Source: Candidatus Omnitrophota bacterium
GTDB lineage: Bacteria; Omnitrophota; Gorgyraeia; Gygaellales; Profunditerraquicolaceae
DNA: 46,696 nt
Reading direction: 5' to 3'
NCBI GenBank assembly: GCA_016782485.1
Contig: JADHYK010000002.1
Location: 1 to 46,696, forward strand
The notes below the pieces were generated by a model. That model was not told the origin of the DNA. It did not search any database and saw nothing but the letters and a program-made list of their open reading frames with translations. The translations under genes and the position numbers were made by a program. Within the stretch, counting starts at the first letter, position 1, and the number at the start of each line of letters is the position of its first letter. This document shows, in pieces, positions 36,967-46,283 of the stretch.

Positions 36967-38354
36967 AGCTTACCTCCTTTAATGGTTATATTCAATTCTT
37001 TTAACTGTTTCTCATCGACTTGCGAAGGCGCGCTGGTTAACGGACAGTATGCCGCGCTTGTCTTGGGAAAAGTTATCACCTCCCTGATGCTTTCTTCGCC
37101 TGCGAGTATCGCCAGCAGCCTGTCCAGGCCAAAGGCGACCCCTGCGTGCGGCGGCGCACCGAATTCAAAGGCCTCTAAAAGAAAACCGAAGCGCCTTTTG
37201 GCCTCTTCTTTATTTATGCCGATAATCTTAAAAATCTTTTCCTGCAGCCCCTGATTATGGATCCTCACCGAACCCGACCCTATCTCTGCGCCGTTTAAAA
37301 CCAGGTCATATGAACGGGACTTTATCTTCTCCGGATCTTTCTCAAAGTTGCCCAGGTCATCCTCTTTCGGAGCGGTAAAAGGGTGGTGTTCGCTTTCCCA
37401 GCGCTTTTCCTCTTTATTATACTTAAATAAAGGGAAATCCGTTATCCAGGCAAAGGCAAATCCACAGTCCTGCTCCTTCCTTAAATCAGGCTTATCGGTA
37501 GCGTATTTGTCCTGCGCAGCTTTAAAGGTAATCCGCGGAAAAGGGAGTCTTAACTCTATGCCCTTGAGGTCCCTGAATACCGCCTGCATTAACCTCTCGC
37601 TCAAAGAAAGAATATCCTCCTCTGTTACAAAAGACATCTCCAGGTCAAGCTGAGTGAACTCCGGCTGGCGGTCTGCGCGCAGGTCCTCATCCCGGAAACA
37701 CTTGGCAATCTGGTAATACCTCTCAATCCCGGCAACCATAAGGATCTGCTTGAACAACTGCGGCGACTGCGGCAGGGCAAAAAACTTTCCCGGATTCGGC
37801 CTTGAAGGGACAAGATAATCCCGCGCGCCCTCAGGAGTAGATTTGGTAAGGATAGGGGTTTCGCATTCTATAAAGTTTTCTTTATCCAGGAAAGCACGTA
37901 TCAACTTATAGAGCCTGCTCCTCAACAGGAGGTTATCCAATACCCTCCTCCTCCTTAAGTCAAGGTAGCGGTATTTAAGCCGCAACTCTTCCGCAATCTC
38001 CAGGTCTTCCGCTATCTCAAAAGGCGGGGTAAGGCTGGGGTTTATGATCTCCAGCTTCTTTACCAGGAGTTCTATCTCGCCCGTGGATAATTTCGGGTTT
38101 ACGGTATTGGCCGGCCGCCTGTTTACGCTGCCGGTGAGCTTAATTACGAATTCGCTCCTTAACCCCTGCGCCTCTTTGTATGCCTCGGGTGCATCCTGGG
38201 GTATAAATACCGCCTGCGTATAACCGTAGCGGTCGCGGATATCGATAAAGATAAGCTTGCCGTGATCACGCCTGCGCGCCACCCAACCGCAAAGGATAAC
38301 CTCCTTGCCGGCATCTTTGGCAGTTAACTCACCGCAGGTATGTGTCCTTAGCAT
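36963..38354 (-). CDS. aspS: Aspartate--tRNA ligase, bacterial type but short (463 aa; apparently lacks the GAD insertion domain)
   Basis: Class II motif 2 FRDEDLRADRQPEFTQLDLEMSF and motif 3 GVAFGLDRLLAIL. DKPDLR is followed almost directly by the ITDFPLF segment. Confidence 0.92.
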   Translation of the reverse strand: MLRTHTCGELTAKDAGKEVILCGWVARRRDHGKLIFIDIRDRYGYTQAVFIPQDAPEAYKEAQGLRSEFVIKLTGSVNRRPANTVNPKLSTGEIELLVKKLEIINPSLTPPFEIAEDLEIAEELRLKYRYLDLRRRRVLDNLLLRSRLYKLIRAFLDKENFIECETPILTKSTPEGARDYLVPSRPNPGKFFALPQSPQLFKQILMVAGIERYYQIAKCFRDEDLRADRQPEFTQLDLEMSFVTEEDILSLSERLMQAVFRDLKGIELRLPFPRITFKAAQDKYATDKPDLRKEQDCGFAFAWITDFPLFKYNKEEKRWESEHHPFTAPKEDDLGNFEKDPEKIKSRSYDLVLNGAEIGSGSVRIHNQGLQEKIFKIIGINKEEAKRRFGFLLEAFEFGAPPHAGVAFGLDRLLAILAGEESIREVITFPKTSAAYCPLTSAPSQVDEKQLKELNITIKGGKL

Positions 38355-39586
38355 TTTAATTCCTTTATTAATGCCTGACGGGCTATTTCCTTCTGTGCCC
38401 CGGAAACCATATCTTTGAGCGTTACTACGCCTTTCTTTAGTTCGTTCTCTCCTATAATCAAAACCTTGCCTGCATTTAAATCATTTGCTGCGCGCAGCGC
38501 ACCTTTTAACGATTTAGATTCATAATCCGCCTCGCAGGCAACCTCGTTCTTACGAAGTTCTTCTAATAACTTCAATCCTTCTGTCTTCGCCTCTTGACCT
38601 AAAGTTATCAGATAAAGAATATTTTTACTTTTGGCTACGGACTCCGGACTACGGACTAATAAAAGGCGCTCCACCCCGAATGCAAACCCGATTGCCCCCG
38701 CCTCAGGGCCGCCTAATTCTTTGACCAGATTATCGTATCTTCCGCCTGCGCCCAGGGCATCCTGAGCGCCCAGGTCTTTATGGACAATTTCAAATACGGT
38801 ATGGGTGTAATAATCCAGGCCGCGCACAAGATAGGGGGTAACCTCGTAATTTATGCTTAGGGCATCCAGCCCTGCTTTTACTCTGGAAAAATGCTCGCGG
38901 GATTGGAGGCAAAGATACGAATCATCAATCTCTAATCCGCTGATTACCTTAAGGCAATTGTCGTTTTTGCAGTCCAAGATGCGCAGTATATTCTTCTTGA
39001 AACGGGTTTTGCAATCCGCGCAGAGCGCGGAAAGCTTACTTTTAAGTTTTTTATTTAAGAGAGCGATTAATTCCTTTTTGTCTTTCAACGACCCCAGGCT
39101 GTTGATCTTGATCTTATAGTCTTTTACAGAAAAGGCCTTAAGCAGGCTATCTGCCAGCGCAATTACCTCAACGTCTAAGTCGGGATCGAGCGAACCGATG
39201 GCCTCGCAGCCGATATGATGGAACTGCCGTAACCTGCCCTTTTGCGGGCGCTCAAGCCGGAACATCGGCCCGAAATAATAAAATTTCCTGAACCTGGCTG
39301 TTTTATCCAGGTTATTTTCAATATAGGCCCGCACAATGGAAGCCGTGCCTTCAGGGCGCAAGGCATACAGCTCCTCTTTATTTTTAATCAGGAACATCTG
39401 CTTCTGGACGATTTCCGTAGATTCACCCAGCGAACGGTTAAATAAAGAAGCCCCTTCGATTAAAGGGGTGCGGATTTCTTTATAATTATAACGGGTAAAA
39501 ATATCGCGGGATATCTTTTCCAGCTCCTGCCAGAATAATGCCTCTTCCGGCAGAATATCTCTTGTTCCGGAAACTTTCTTCTGCAT
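38348..39586 (-). CDS. hisS: Histidine--tRNA ligase
   Basis: 412 aa ORF with class II motifs (FRLERPQKGRLRQFHH, GGGRYD). Confidence 0.94.
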   Translation of the reverse strand: MQKKVSGTRDILPEEALFWQELEKISRDIFTRYNYKEIRTPLIEGASLFNRSLGESTEIVQKQMFLIKNKEELYALRPEGTASIVRAYIENNLDKTARFRKFYYFGPMFRLERPQKGRLRQFHHIGCEAIGSLDPDLDVEVIALADSLLKAFSVKDYKIKINSLGSLKDKKELIALLNKKLKSKLSALCADCKTRFKKNILRILDCKNDNCLKVISGLEIDDSYLCLQSREHFSRVKAGLDALSINYEVTPYLVRGLDYYTHTVFEIVHKDLGAQDALGAGGRYDNLVKELGGPEAGAIGFAFGVERLLLVRSPESVAKSKNILYLITLGQEAKTEGLKLLEELRKNEVACEADYESKSLKGALRAANDLNAGKVLIIGENELKKGVVTLKDMVSGAQKEIARQALIKELKC

Positions 39587-39609
39587 ACACGGGGGGCTAA
39601 ATAATGGCT

Positions 39610-39882
39610 TTATCTAACTTTCTGTTTCATTTCCAGGCCGGCCTTAAAGACAACTACTTTTCTGGGCGGGACAGGAATTACCTGATTGGTGCGAGGGTTT
39701 CTACCGGTACGGCTTTTTCTCTGTTTTATCTTAAAGACGCCGAAATTGCGCAGTTCGATCTTTTCTCCCCTTACCAGTGCCGCGGTAATGGTGTCAAAGG
39801 TCTTCTGCACGACCTGTTTTACGTCTATCTGTTTTAAGGCCGTGTCATCAGATACCTTCAGGATTATATCCTTTTTCGTCAT
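39610..39882 (-). CDS. hup: HU/IHF-family DNA-binding protein
   Basis: RNFGVFKIKQRKSRTGRNPRTNQVIPVPPRKVVVFKAG is the HU/IHF beta-arm signature. I prefer the ATG at 39882 (AAGGGGG SD 7 nt upstream) over the GTG at 39888. Confidence 0.9.
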   Translation of the reverse strand: MTKKDIILKVSDDTALKQIDVKQVVQKTFDTITAALVRGEKIELRNFGVFKIKQRKSRTGRNPRTNQVIPVPPRKVVVFKAGLEMKQKVR

Positions 39883-40087
39883 TCTCACACCCCCTTATTG
39901 TCGCTCGCTACGCTCGCTCCTTAAGAGGGGGCTTGCCCCCTCTTAATGTTCTCCCCCAAACGTGGGGGACATCGCTTTTCCCCCACACCCCCTTAGGTTC
40001 TTTCGCCTGTTCTATTCATTTTGCGAAAGAACCTATTATTTTGCGGTAAAAGGTAAACTCAAGAAGATTTTTCCTTCTTGAGTAATT
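39883..40087 (-). promoter_or_regulatory. Structured 5' leader of hup, about 200 nt (four or more stem-loops, G5/C5 tracts, duplicated SD box)
   Basis: Hairpins at 39921-39946, 39952-39969 (alternative 39962-39986), 39996-40033 and 40058-40082. The 12-nt repeat cacaccccctta occurs at 39886-39897 and 39984-39995. Confidence 0.5.
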
Positions 40088-40093
40088 GTAACT

Positions 40094-40122
40094 ATAATAT
40101 CATCAGAAAGTTACAGTGTCAA
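40094..40122 (-). promoter_or_regulatory. Candidate sigma-70-type promoter (TTGACA-17 nt-TATTAT) for hup
   Basis: -35 at 40117-40122 and -10 at 40094-40099 on the minus strand. Sequence match only. Confidence 0.5.
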
Positions 40123-40166
40123 GCAAAATCGCTTTCGGGGGTAAAGCCTTTTGGCGATTCTGCGCA

Positions 40167-40194
40167 GACCCGCCGATGCTATGGTGGCGGGTCA
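40167..40194 (-). repeat. Solo PU-C-type hairpin overlapping the TGA stop of lipoprotein gene 40192-40713
   Basis: The mRNA reads TCT TGACCCGCC-ACCATAGCATC-GGCGGGTC. The stem and loop resemble the inner stem at 30250-30270. Confidence 0.7.
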
Positions 40195-40713
40195 AGAGGA
40201 TTTCGCGGCGGTCTGGATTGCCCGTGCCATCTCTTCCTGGCGCAAATCCTCTTCTATATAGACGGCCAATTCCGCCTTTAATCCTTCCAGGCGCTCCTTT
40301 GCGCGGGCCTCCTGCTCCCCTATAAGCTTATCGACTTTTGCCTTGTATGCGGGATTATGGTTATACCTGTATTCGGAGACAATCCTTACCGGCGTATTGA
40401 ATACCCCGCCGACTATCCCCCAGAAAAAACCCAGCCGGTCAGAAACATTTTCCTTCAGCCGGTTTTCGATCACCCCCATCTTTTTATAATAATCTTCGAC
40501 GGTCCTGCGGCGCCGCCTAAAACGCACCCTTGCCAATTCGATATCCTCGGGTACTTTATTATCGGCTCCTACGGTATACTCCAGAAGAACCTTTCCCTCC
40601 CGCTTAGCCACATAACCTTCGTCATAGGGTTTTTTAATGCCCTTTTCAATCCTGTAAGGCGCACAGCCGCTTAAAAATACAACAAGCAAAAGAAAAATTA
40701 GTATTTTTCTCAT
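40192..40713 (-). CDS. Hypothetical lipoprotein
   Basis: Signal peptide plus lipobox FLSGC. AGAGGAG SD. I recognise no domain. Confidence 0.7.
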   Translation of the reverse strand: MRKILIFLLLVVFLSGCAPYRIEKGIKKPYDEGYVAKREGKVLLEYTVGADNKVPEDIELARVRFRRRRRTVEDYYKKMGVIENRLKENVSDRLGFFWGIVGGVFNTPVRIVSEYRYNHNPAYKAKVDKLIGEQEARAKERLEGLKAELAVYIEEDLRQEEMARAIQTAAKSS

Positions 40714-40762
40714 TTAAATGCTCCTCTTTTATAAAAGATGTTTGAATATTGGAATTTGGTCA

Positions 40763-40804
40763 TTGGTTATTGTTTGGTTATTGTATCTTGATGATTGGTT
40801 ATTG
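40763..40804. repeat. Three phased copies of TTGGTTATTG in the spacer between the two lipoprotein genes
   Basis: Copies at 40763-40772, 40774-40783 and 40795-40804. Start-to-start spacing is 11 and 21 bp. Confidence 0.75.
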
Positions 40805-40814
40805 CCCATATTAC

Positions 40815-41300
40815 TCATTTGACATAATACTTTGCTTCATAATCGATTAATTTCAATGTCAGCGAACCTTCTAAAGCAGATTGCACTAAGCCGCCGGGGA
40901 TCTGATCAGAAAACCATAATTTCTGCAGTTCTTTTCCGGTATCATGCTCATAAACTTTACAGGCCATGACCTGATTTACCACCAGGGTATCCTGCACGTA
41001 TTCGAGCATATCGGGTTTAACCGGCGTCTCCGATTCAGTATCAAGGTCCAAAAGGATTTTCTCTTCGGAGCTGCCGACTATATCTGCCTGCTTAATCATT
41101 TCAACCTTCAGGGTAATCTGCGCATCCGTCTTATTAACCAGGCTCACTTTTTTCTGCAATCCGTCAGGAAGTTCATACAACACCCAGCTCCCCGGGTTAA
41201 ACCTTTCCCAGTACCGGGCCTTTTCTGCGGCCGAAGAACAACCTGTGAAAATAACCAATACGATAAGTGTAATATAAACAATGCCTGCAATCTTTTTCAT
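40815..41300 (-). CDS. Hypothetical lipoprotein
   Basis: Signal peptide plus lipobox IFTGC. ATGA overlap with the dnaE stop. I recognise no domain. Confidence 0.7.
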   Translation of the reverse strand: MKKIAGIVYITLIVLVIFTGCSSAAEKARYWERFNPGSWVLYELPDGLQKKVSLVNKTDAQITLKVEMIKQADIVGSSEEKILLDLDTESETPVKPDMLEYVQDTLVVNQVMACKVYEHDTGKELQKLWFSDQIPGGLVQSALEGSLTLKLIDYEAKYYVK

Positions 41301-44300
41301 AATACCAAAGTCAGCCGCTCTTCACCCAACAGGCCCTCTATGTCCTGGATCAGCTTCTCGGAAGGGCTGACGTAAAGCCCTTCCCCGACAATTATATGCG
41401 CCCTGGTCTTGGTCGGCGTATCTATGCGCAGATAAATGGGAACCTGGCCCCTGAAGGAGGCCAAAAGGTCCTTAAGGCTCTCAAAAATATTCTCCCGGAT
41501 ACCCGAAAGATTAATATTCATCGCCGTTATCAGTTTATAGATTTCGTCCACCGGGAAAAGGTCGTTAACCAGGATTTTCGGGGTATCCTCCCTGAGGCTC
41601 AAGTTTCCCCTCACCAATACTACGGTATTGGGCACAATATAGCGGGAAACCTTCTGGTATGCCCGCGGAAAGACCAACCCTTCCACCACCCCGTTTAAAT
41701 CCTCCAGCTTTAAAATCGCCATCTTTTCCTGTTTCGCGCGGGTAGTGGTCTGCTTAATCTTGGCAATCAATACTACAATCTTTATCTCATCCTGGTCCCG
41801 ATACTCGTGAAGCTGCGCGATAGAAGAAGAGACAAAACGTTTAAGCTGCCTGGCATAACGCGCCAGGGGATGTCCGCTGACGTAAAATCCGAGCATGTCT
41901 TTTTCAAAGGCCAAAAGCTGCGGCTCGGGCCATTCCTTTACATGAGGAATACTTACCGCTGCCCTTTTAAAGCCGTCCTGGGAAAAGGCCATATCAAAAA
42001 ATGAAATCTGGCCCTTGGCCTTTTCTTTCTGTGTGCGCGAAGCGCCCTCCAGGACCGTATCCAGTGCCGCAACCATCTGTGCCCGCGGCATATTGAATGT
42101 ATCCAGCGCCCCGCATTTTATCAGCGCCTCTAATACCTTCCTGTTAGCCAGCCTTAAATCAATCCGCTGGCAAAAGTCCTCAAGGGAAATGAATTTTGCC
42201 TCAATTCTCGCCCTGACGATGGATTGCGCAGCGCCTGAGCCTACGTTCTTTACCGCCAACAGGCCAAAACGAATAGTACCTTCATCCACTGCCTTAAATA
42301 ACTCCTCACTCTCGTTGATATCAGGAGGCAATACTTTTAATCCCATGCGGGCTGCCTCATTGACATACTCGACTATCTTATCGGTGTTATCGCGCTCAGA
42401 GGTAAGCAGGGCGGTCATAAATTCTACGGGGTAATTCGCCTTCAGGTAAGCGGTGCGGTATGAAATCAAGGCATAAGCGGTACTGTGTGACTTATTGAAG
42501 CCGTAACCGGAAAAATATTCTATTAAATCGAATATCTTATTCGCCACCGATAAGCTGATATCGTTTCTGGAGCAGCCGGAAACAAAGTTATTGCGCTCTT
42601 TTTCCATGACCTCCGGTATTTTTTTGCTCATTGCCCGGCGCAATAAATCCGCCTGGGCAAGGCTGAATCCGGCCATACTGGAAGCAATCTGCATAATCTG
42701 TTCCTGATAAACTATGATTCCGTAAGTCTCCTTTAAAACCCCCTCCAGCCGCTTATGGTCGTATTTTATGGGAACGCGGTTGTGCTTGCGCTGCATAAAA
42801 TCATTTAACATCCCCGAACCGATGGGCCCCGGCCGGTATAACGCCAGCAAAGCGATTAAATCCTCGAAACGGTTAGGCTCCAGTTTTTTTAATAGATCGC
42901 GCATCCCCGAACTTTCCAGCTGAAATACGCCCATGGTCTGCGCAGAGGCAAGGAGTTTATAGGTTTTATCGTCATCCAGCGGCAATTCATTTATATCGAC
43001 AACCTCTCCTTTAGTTTCCCTGATTAATTTCGCTGTCTGGTCGATAACCGTTAAAGTCCGCAGGCCCAAGAAATCCACCTTCAACAGGCCGATCTTCTCC
43101 AGTATCCCCATACTGTAACCCGAAGTGACCTGGTCGTCCCCGGTCTTAAACAAGGGCATATAATTATCTAACGGCTTATCGGCGATAACCACCCCTGCGG
43201 CATGAACTGAGGCATGGCGGTTAAGGCCCTCCAGCGATAGGGCGGTATTAATCAATTTCGTTATCTGGGGGTCATTTTTATAGAGCGTCTTTATCTCTGT
43301 TTCACTCTCGATGGCGTCTTTGAGGTTAAGCGAGGAGTCAGGGGGGATCATCTTGGCAATCCGGTCGACATCGGCGTAACTGATGCCCATCACCCTTCCC
43401 ACATCCCTCACCACAGCACGCGCCTGCATCGTCCCAAAAGTAATAATCTGTGCCACGTTTTCCCGGCCGTATTTTCCGGTTACATAGTCTATTACCTCCT
43501 GCCTCCTCTCATAACAAAAGTCTATATCGATATCCGGAAGGCTGAGGCGCTGCGGATTTAAAAACCTCTCAAACAGCAGGCCGTATTTTAAAGGGTTCAG
43601 GTCGGTAATTCCCAACAAATAACTTACCAGGCTGCCGGCTGCCGAGCCCCGTCCGGGCCCCACCGGAATCCCCTTGCTTTTGGCATAATGGATGAAATCC
43701 CAGACGATTAAAAAATAACTGATAAAACCCATATCCTTTATAATTTTTAATTCATGTTCCAGCCTTCCGTTTATTTCCGGCGTAACCTGCTCGATTTTTT
43801 CCTTGAGCCCCTGCTGGCAAAGTTCCTTTAAAAACTCCTCCTTATCCCTGCCTGCCGGAGGGGTATATTTGGGAAGATGCGCCCTGGAAAAATCCAATTC
43901 CAGGTTACAGCGGCCGGCTATCTCAAGGGTGTTAGTAATCGCCTCCGGAACGTCCTTAAAGGCATCCCTCATCTCCTGCGGTGATTTAAAATAAAATTCA
44001 TCGGTTTGAAAACGCATCCGGTTGGGGTCGTCAAGCGTGGTCTGGGTCTGGATACACAAAAGCGCCTCGTGGGCAGATGCCCGGTCCCGGCTTAAATAAT
44101 GCACGTCGTTAGTTGCCACCAGCGGAATCTTCAGTTCGCGGGAGATTTTTATCAGGCCGACGTTGACCTCTTCCTGCTCCCGGATGGCGTTTGACTGCAG
44201 CTCCAGGTAGAAATTATCCCTGCCCAGGATATTAAGGTAAGTGTCGGCGGTTTTCAGGGCATCGTTAAAACGTTTCTGCTGCAGTAAAACGGCAATCTCG

Positions 44301-44731
44301 CCTTTAAGGCAGGCGGATAAACCGATTAAACCCTTAGAGTGCTGTACCAATATCTCTTTATCGATGCGCGGCCGGTAATAAAAACCTTCCAGATACCCCG
44401 TGGAAACCAGTTTCATCAGATTCTGATAACCCGTCTCGTCGCGGGCAAGAAGTATGAAGTGATACGACGCATCCTCAATACCCGCGGAGGTTTTATCCAA
44501 ACGGCTCCCCGGGGCAACATAAACCTCACAGCCGATGATAGGCTTTATCCCTGCCTTCTGCGCCTCAAAATAAAATTCTATTGCGCCAAACATATTGCCG
44601 TGGTCGGTAATGGCAAGGGAATCCATTTTGTATCCTTGAGCTGTTTTTAAAATCTCGGGGATGCGGCAGGCGCCGTCCAGGAGGCTGTATTGGGTATGTA
44701 GGTGCAGATGGATAAACTCGGAATGCGGCAT
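41297..44731 (-). CDS. dnaE: DNA polymerase III subunit alpha
   Basis: 1144 aa ORF with PHP domain HLHLHTQYSLLDG, a polymerase core and a C-terminal OB fold. Confidence 0.97.
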   Translation of the reverse strand: MPHSEFIHLHLHTQYSLLDGACRIPEILKTAQGYKMDSLAITDHGNMFGAIEFYFEAQKAGIKPIIGCEVYVAPGSRLDKTSAGIEDASYHFILLARDETGYQNLMKLVSTGYLEGFYYRPRIDKEILVQHSKGLIGLSACLKGEIAVLLQQKRFNDALKTADTYLNILGRDNFYLELQSNAIREQEEVNVGLIKISRELKIPLVATNDVHYLSRDRASAHEALLCIQTQTTLDDPNRMRFQTDEFYFKSPQEMRDAFKDVPEAITNTLEIAGRCNLELDFSRAHLPKYTPPAGRDKEEFLKELCQQGLKEKIEQVTPEINGRLEHELKIIKDMGFISYFLIVWDFIHYAKSKGIPVGPGRGSAAGSLVSYLLGITDLNPLKYGLLFERFLNPQRLSLPDIDIDFCYERRQEVIDYVTGKYGRENVAQIITFGTMQARAVVRDVGRVMGISYADVDRIAKMIPPDSSLNLKDAIESETEIKTLYKNDPQITKLINTALSLEGLNRHASVHAAGVVIADKPLDNYMPLFKTGDDQVTSGYSMGILEKIGLLKVDFLGLRTLTVIDQTAKLIRETKGEVVDINELPLDDDKTYKLLASAQTMGVFQLESSGMRDLLKKLEPNRFEDLIALLALYRPGPIGSGMLNDFMQRKHNRVPIKYDHKRLEGVLKETYGIIVYQEQIMQIASSMAGFSLAQADLLRRAMSKKIPEVMEKERNNFVSGCSRNDISLSVANKIFDLIEYFSGYGFNKSHSTAYALISYRTAYLKANYPVEFMTALLTSERDNTDKIVEYVNEAARMGLKVLPPDINESEELFKAVDEGTIRFGLLAVKNVGSGAAQSIVRARIEAKFISLEDFCQRIDLRLANRKVLEALIKCGALDTFNMPRAQMVAALDTVLEGASRTQKEKAKGQISFFDMAFSQDGFKRAAVSIPHVKEWPEPQLLAFEKDMLGFYVSGHPLARYARQLKRFVSSSIAQLHEYRDQDEIKIVVLIAKIKQTTTRAKQEKMAILKLEDLNGVVEGLVFPRAYQKVSRYIVPNTVVLVRGNLSLREDTPKILVNDLFPVDEIYKLITAMNINLSGIRENIFESLKDLLASFRGQVPIYLRIDTPTKTRAHIIVGEGLYVSPSEKLIQDIEGLLGEERLTLVL

Positions 44732-44741
44732 ATCGCTGTTT

Positions 44742-46283
44742 CTATTCCCACTCGATAGTAGCGGGGGGTTTGGAAGAAATATCGTAAACCACGCGGTTTA
44801 CGCCTTTTACTTCGTTGATAATGCGGTTAGAAATCCTTTCCAGAACTTCGTATGGTAATTTTACCCAGTCGGCAGTCATGCCGTCGAAACTGTTCACGCA
44901 GCGCAGCGCCGCTACGTTCTCGTAGGTACGCTCATCTCCCATAATCCCCACGCTCTTTACCGGCAGCAGTATGGCAAAGGACTGCCAGAGCTGTTCGTAG
45001 AGGTTTGCGCTCCTTATCTCCTCTATTACGCGCCGGTCAACTTCGCGCAGTATCTCCAGCCGCTGCGGCGTTACTTCTCCGATAATCCTTATCGCCAGGC
45101 CCGGTCCGGGAAAAGGCTGGCGGTTGATTATGTTGTCGGGCAGGCCCAGTTGTCTTCCAATCTTCCTTACTTCATCCTTAAACAACTCCCGCAAAGGCTC
45201 GATGAGCTTTAACTTCATCTGCTCGGGCAAGCCGCCGACGTTGTGGTGGGTTTTAATCCTCTTACTCGGCGCTCCTGCCGGAGACATTGACTCGATCACA
45301 TCCGGATAGAGCGTCCCCTGAGCCAGGAATTTAACCCCTTTTAATTTCTTTGACTGCTCTTCAAAAACGCTGACAAACTCCTTCCCGATAATTTTTCTCT
45401 TTTCCTCCGGATCGGTTATCCCTTTCAGGGCGGCTAAGAATTTTTTACTCCTGTCAACATAACCGAGATTAAGATGAAGAATATCGCGGAATATCCTCTT
45501 TACCTGCTGGGGCTCATCCCGGCGCAGCAGGCCATTGTCTATAAAAATACACCTGGAATTCCTGCCTATTGCCTTGTGTATTAGCAGCGCAGCAACCGAA
45601 GAATCCACGCCCCCGCTCAAACCTAAGACCACCTTATTGCGGCCCACGGTCTTCTTAATATTTTCAATCGCCTCCTTGATAAACGACTCCATTGTCCAGC
45701 GGCCGAGGCACCCGCAGGCCTTAAAAATAAAGTTGCCCAGGATCTGGTTTCCTTTTTCGGTATGGGTTACCTCGGGATGAAACTGGACCGCAAATATCTT
45801 CCTCTTTGGATTTGCAATAGCGGCGATGGGCGAATTTAAAGTATGGGCGCTGACCGTAAAACCCGCGGGTGGCTTGGTCAGATAATCTCCGTGGCTGGCC
45901 CAACAGGTAAAATTGCCCGGCAGATGGTTAAATAAATGGCGGTTGTCGTCAATAAAGAGCTCAGTTTTGCCGTATTCGCGCTCTTTTGTGTGCTTAACCC
46001 TTCCGCCGAGCATCTCGGCAATAACCTGCATGCCGTAACAGATACCCAGCACGGGGATGCCTAACTTAAATATCATTTTATCGGGGCGGGGGGCTTTCTT
46101 CTGCGTCACCGACTCGGGCCCGCCGGATAAAATCAGCCCCTTAGGAGCAAGGAAGGCGATCTCTTTGGCGGAAATATTGTAGGGGACAATACGGGAAAAA
46201 ACCCTGTTTTCCCTGACGCGCCTGGCGATTAATTGCGTGTACTGCGAACCGAAATCCAGGATTAATATAGTATGTTTTGTCAT
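44742..46283 (-). CDS. guaA: GMP synthase (glutamine-hydrolysing)
   Basis: 513 aa ORF with a GATase domain (GICYGMQ), ATP-PPase SGGVDSS and a C-terminal dimerisation domain ending IEWE. Confidence 0.97.
   Translation of the reverse strand: MTKHTILILDFGSQYTQLIARRVRENRVFSRIVPYNISAKEIAFLAPKGLILSGGPESVTQKKAPRPDKMIFKLGIPVLGICYGMQVIAEMLGGRVKHTKEREYGKTELFIDDNRHLFNHLPGNFTCWASHGDYLTKPPAGFTVSAHTLNSPIAAIANPKRKIFAVQFHPEVTHTEKGNQILGNFIFKACGCLGRWTMESFIKEAIENIKKTVGRNKVVLGLSGGVDSSVAALLIHKAIGRNSRCIFIDNGLLRRDEPQQVKRIFRDILHLNLGYVDRSKKFLAALKGITDPEEKRKIIGKEFVSVFEEQSKKLKGVKFLAQGTLYPDVIESMSPAGAPSKRIKTHHNVGGLPEQMKLKLIEPLRELFKDEVRKIGRQLGLPDNIINRQPFPGPGLAIRIIGEVTPQRLEILREVDRRVIEEIRSANLYEQLWQSFAILLPVKSVGIMGDERTYENVAALRCVNSFDGMTADWVKLPYEVLERISNRIINEVKGVNRVVYDISSKPPATIEWE

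Noticed and set aside
39921-39997. G5 tracts in the hup leader as a G-quadruplex
   Set aside because: The loops between G-runs are 3, 25 and 13 nt, and complementary C5 tracts favour duplex hairpins. A quadruplex is possible but is not the simplest reading.
1551-45903. Same-strand nested ORFs in alternative frames (1551-1781, 14201-14416, 17742-17960, 19718-19915, 35072-35293, 37625-37813, 39175-39366, 45721-45903)
   Set aside because: They lie entirely inside well-supported genes in another frame and show no independent start signals or motifs.
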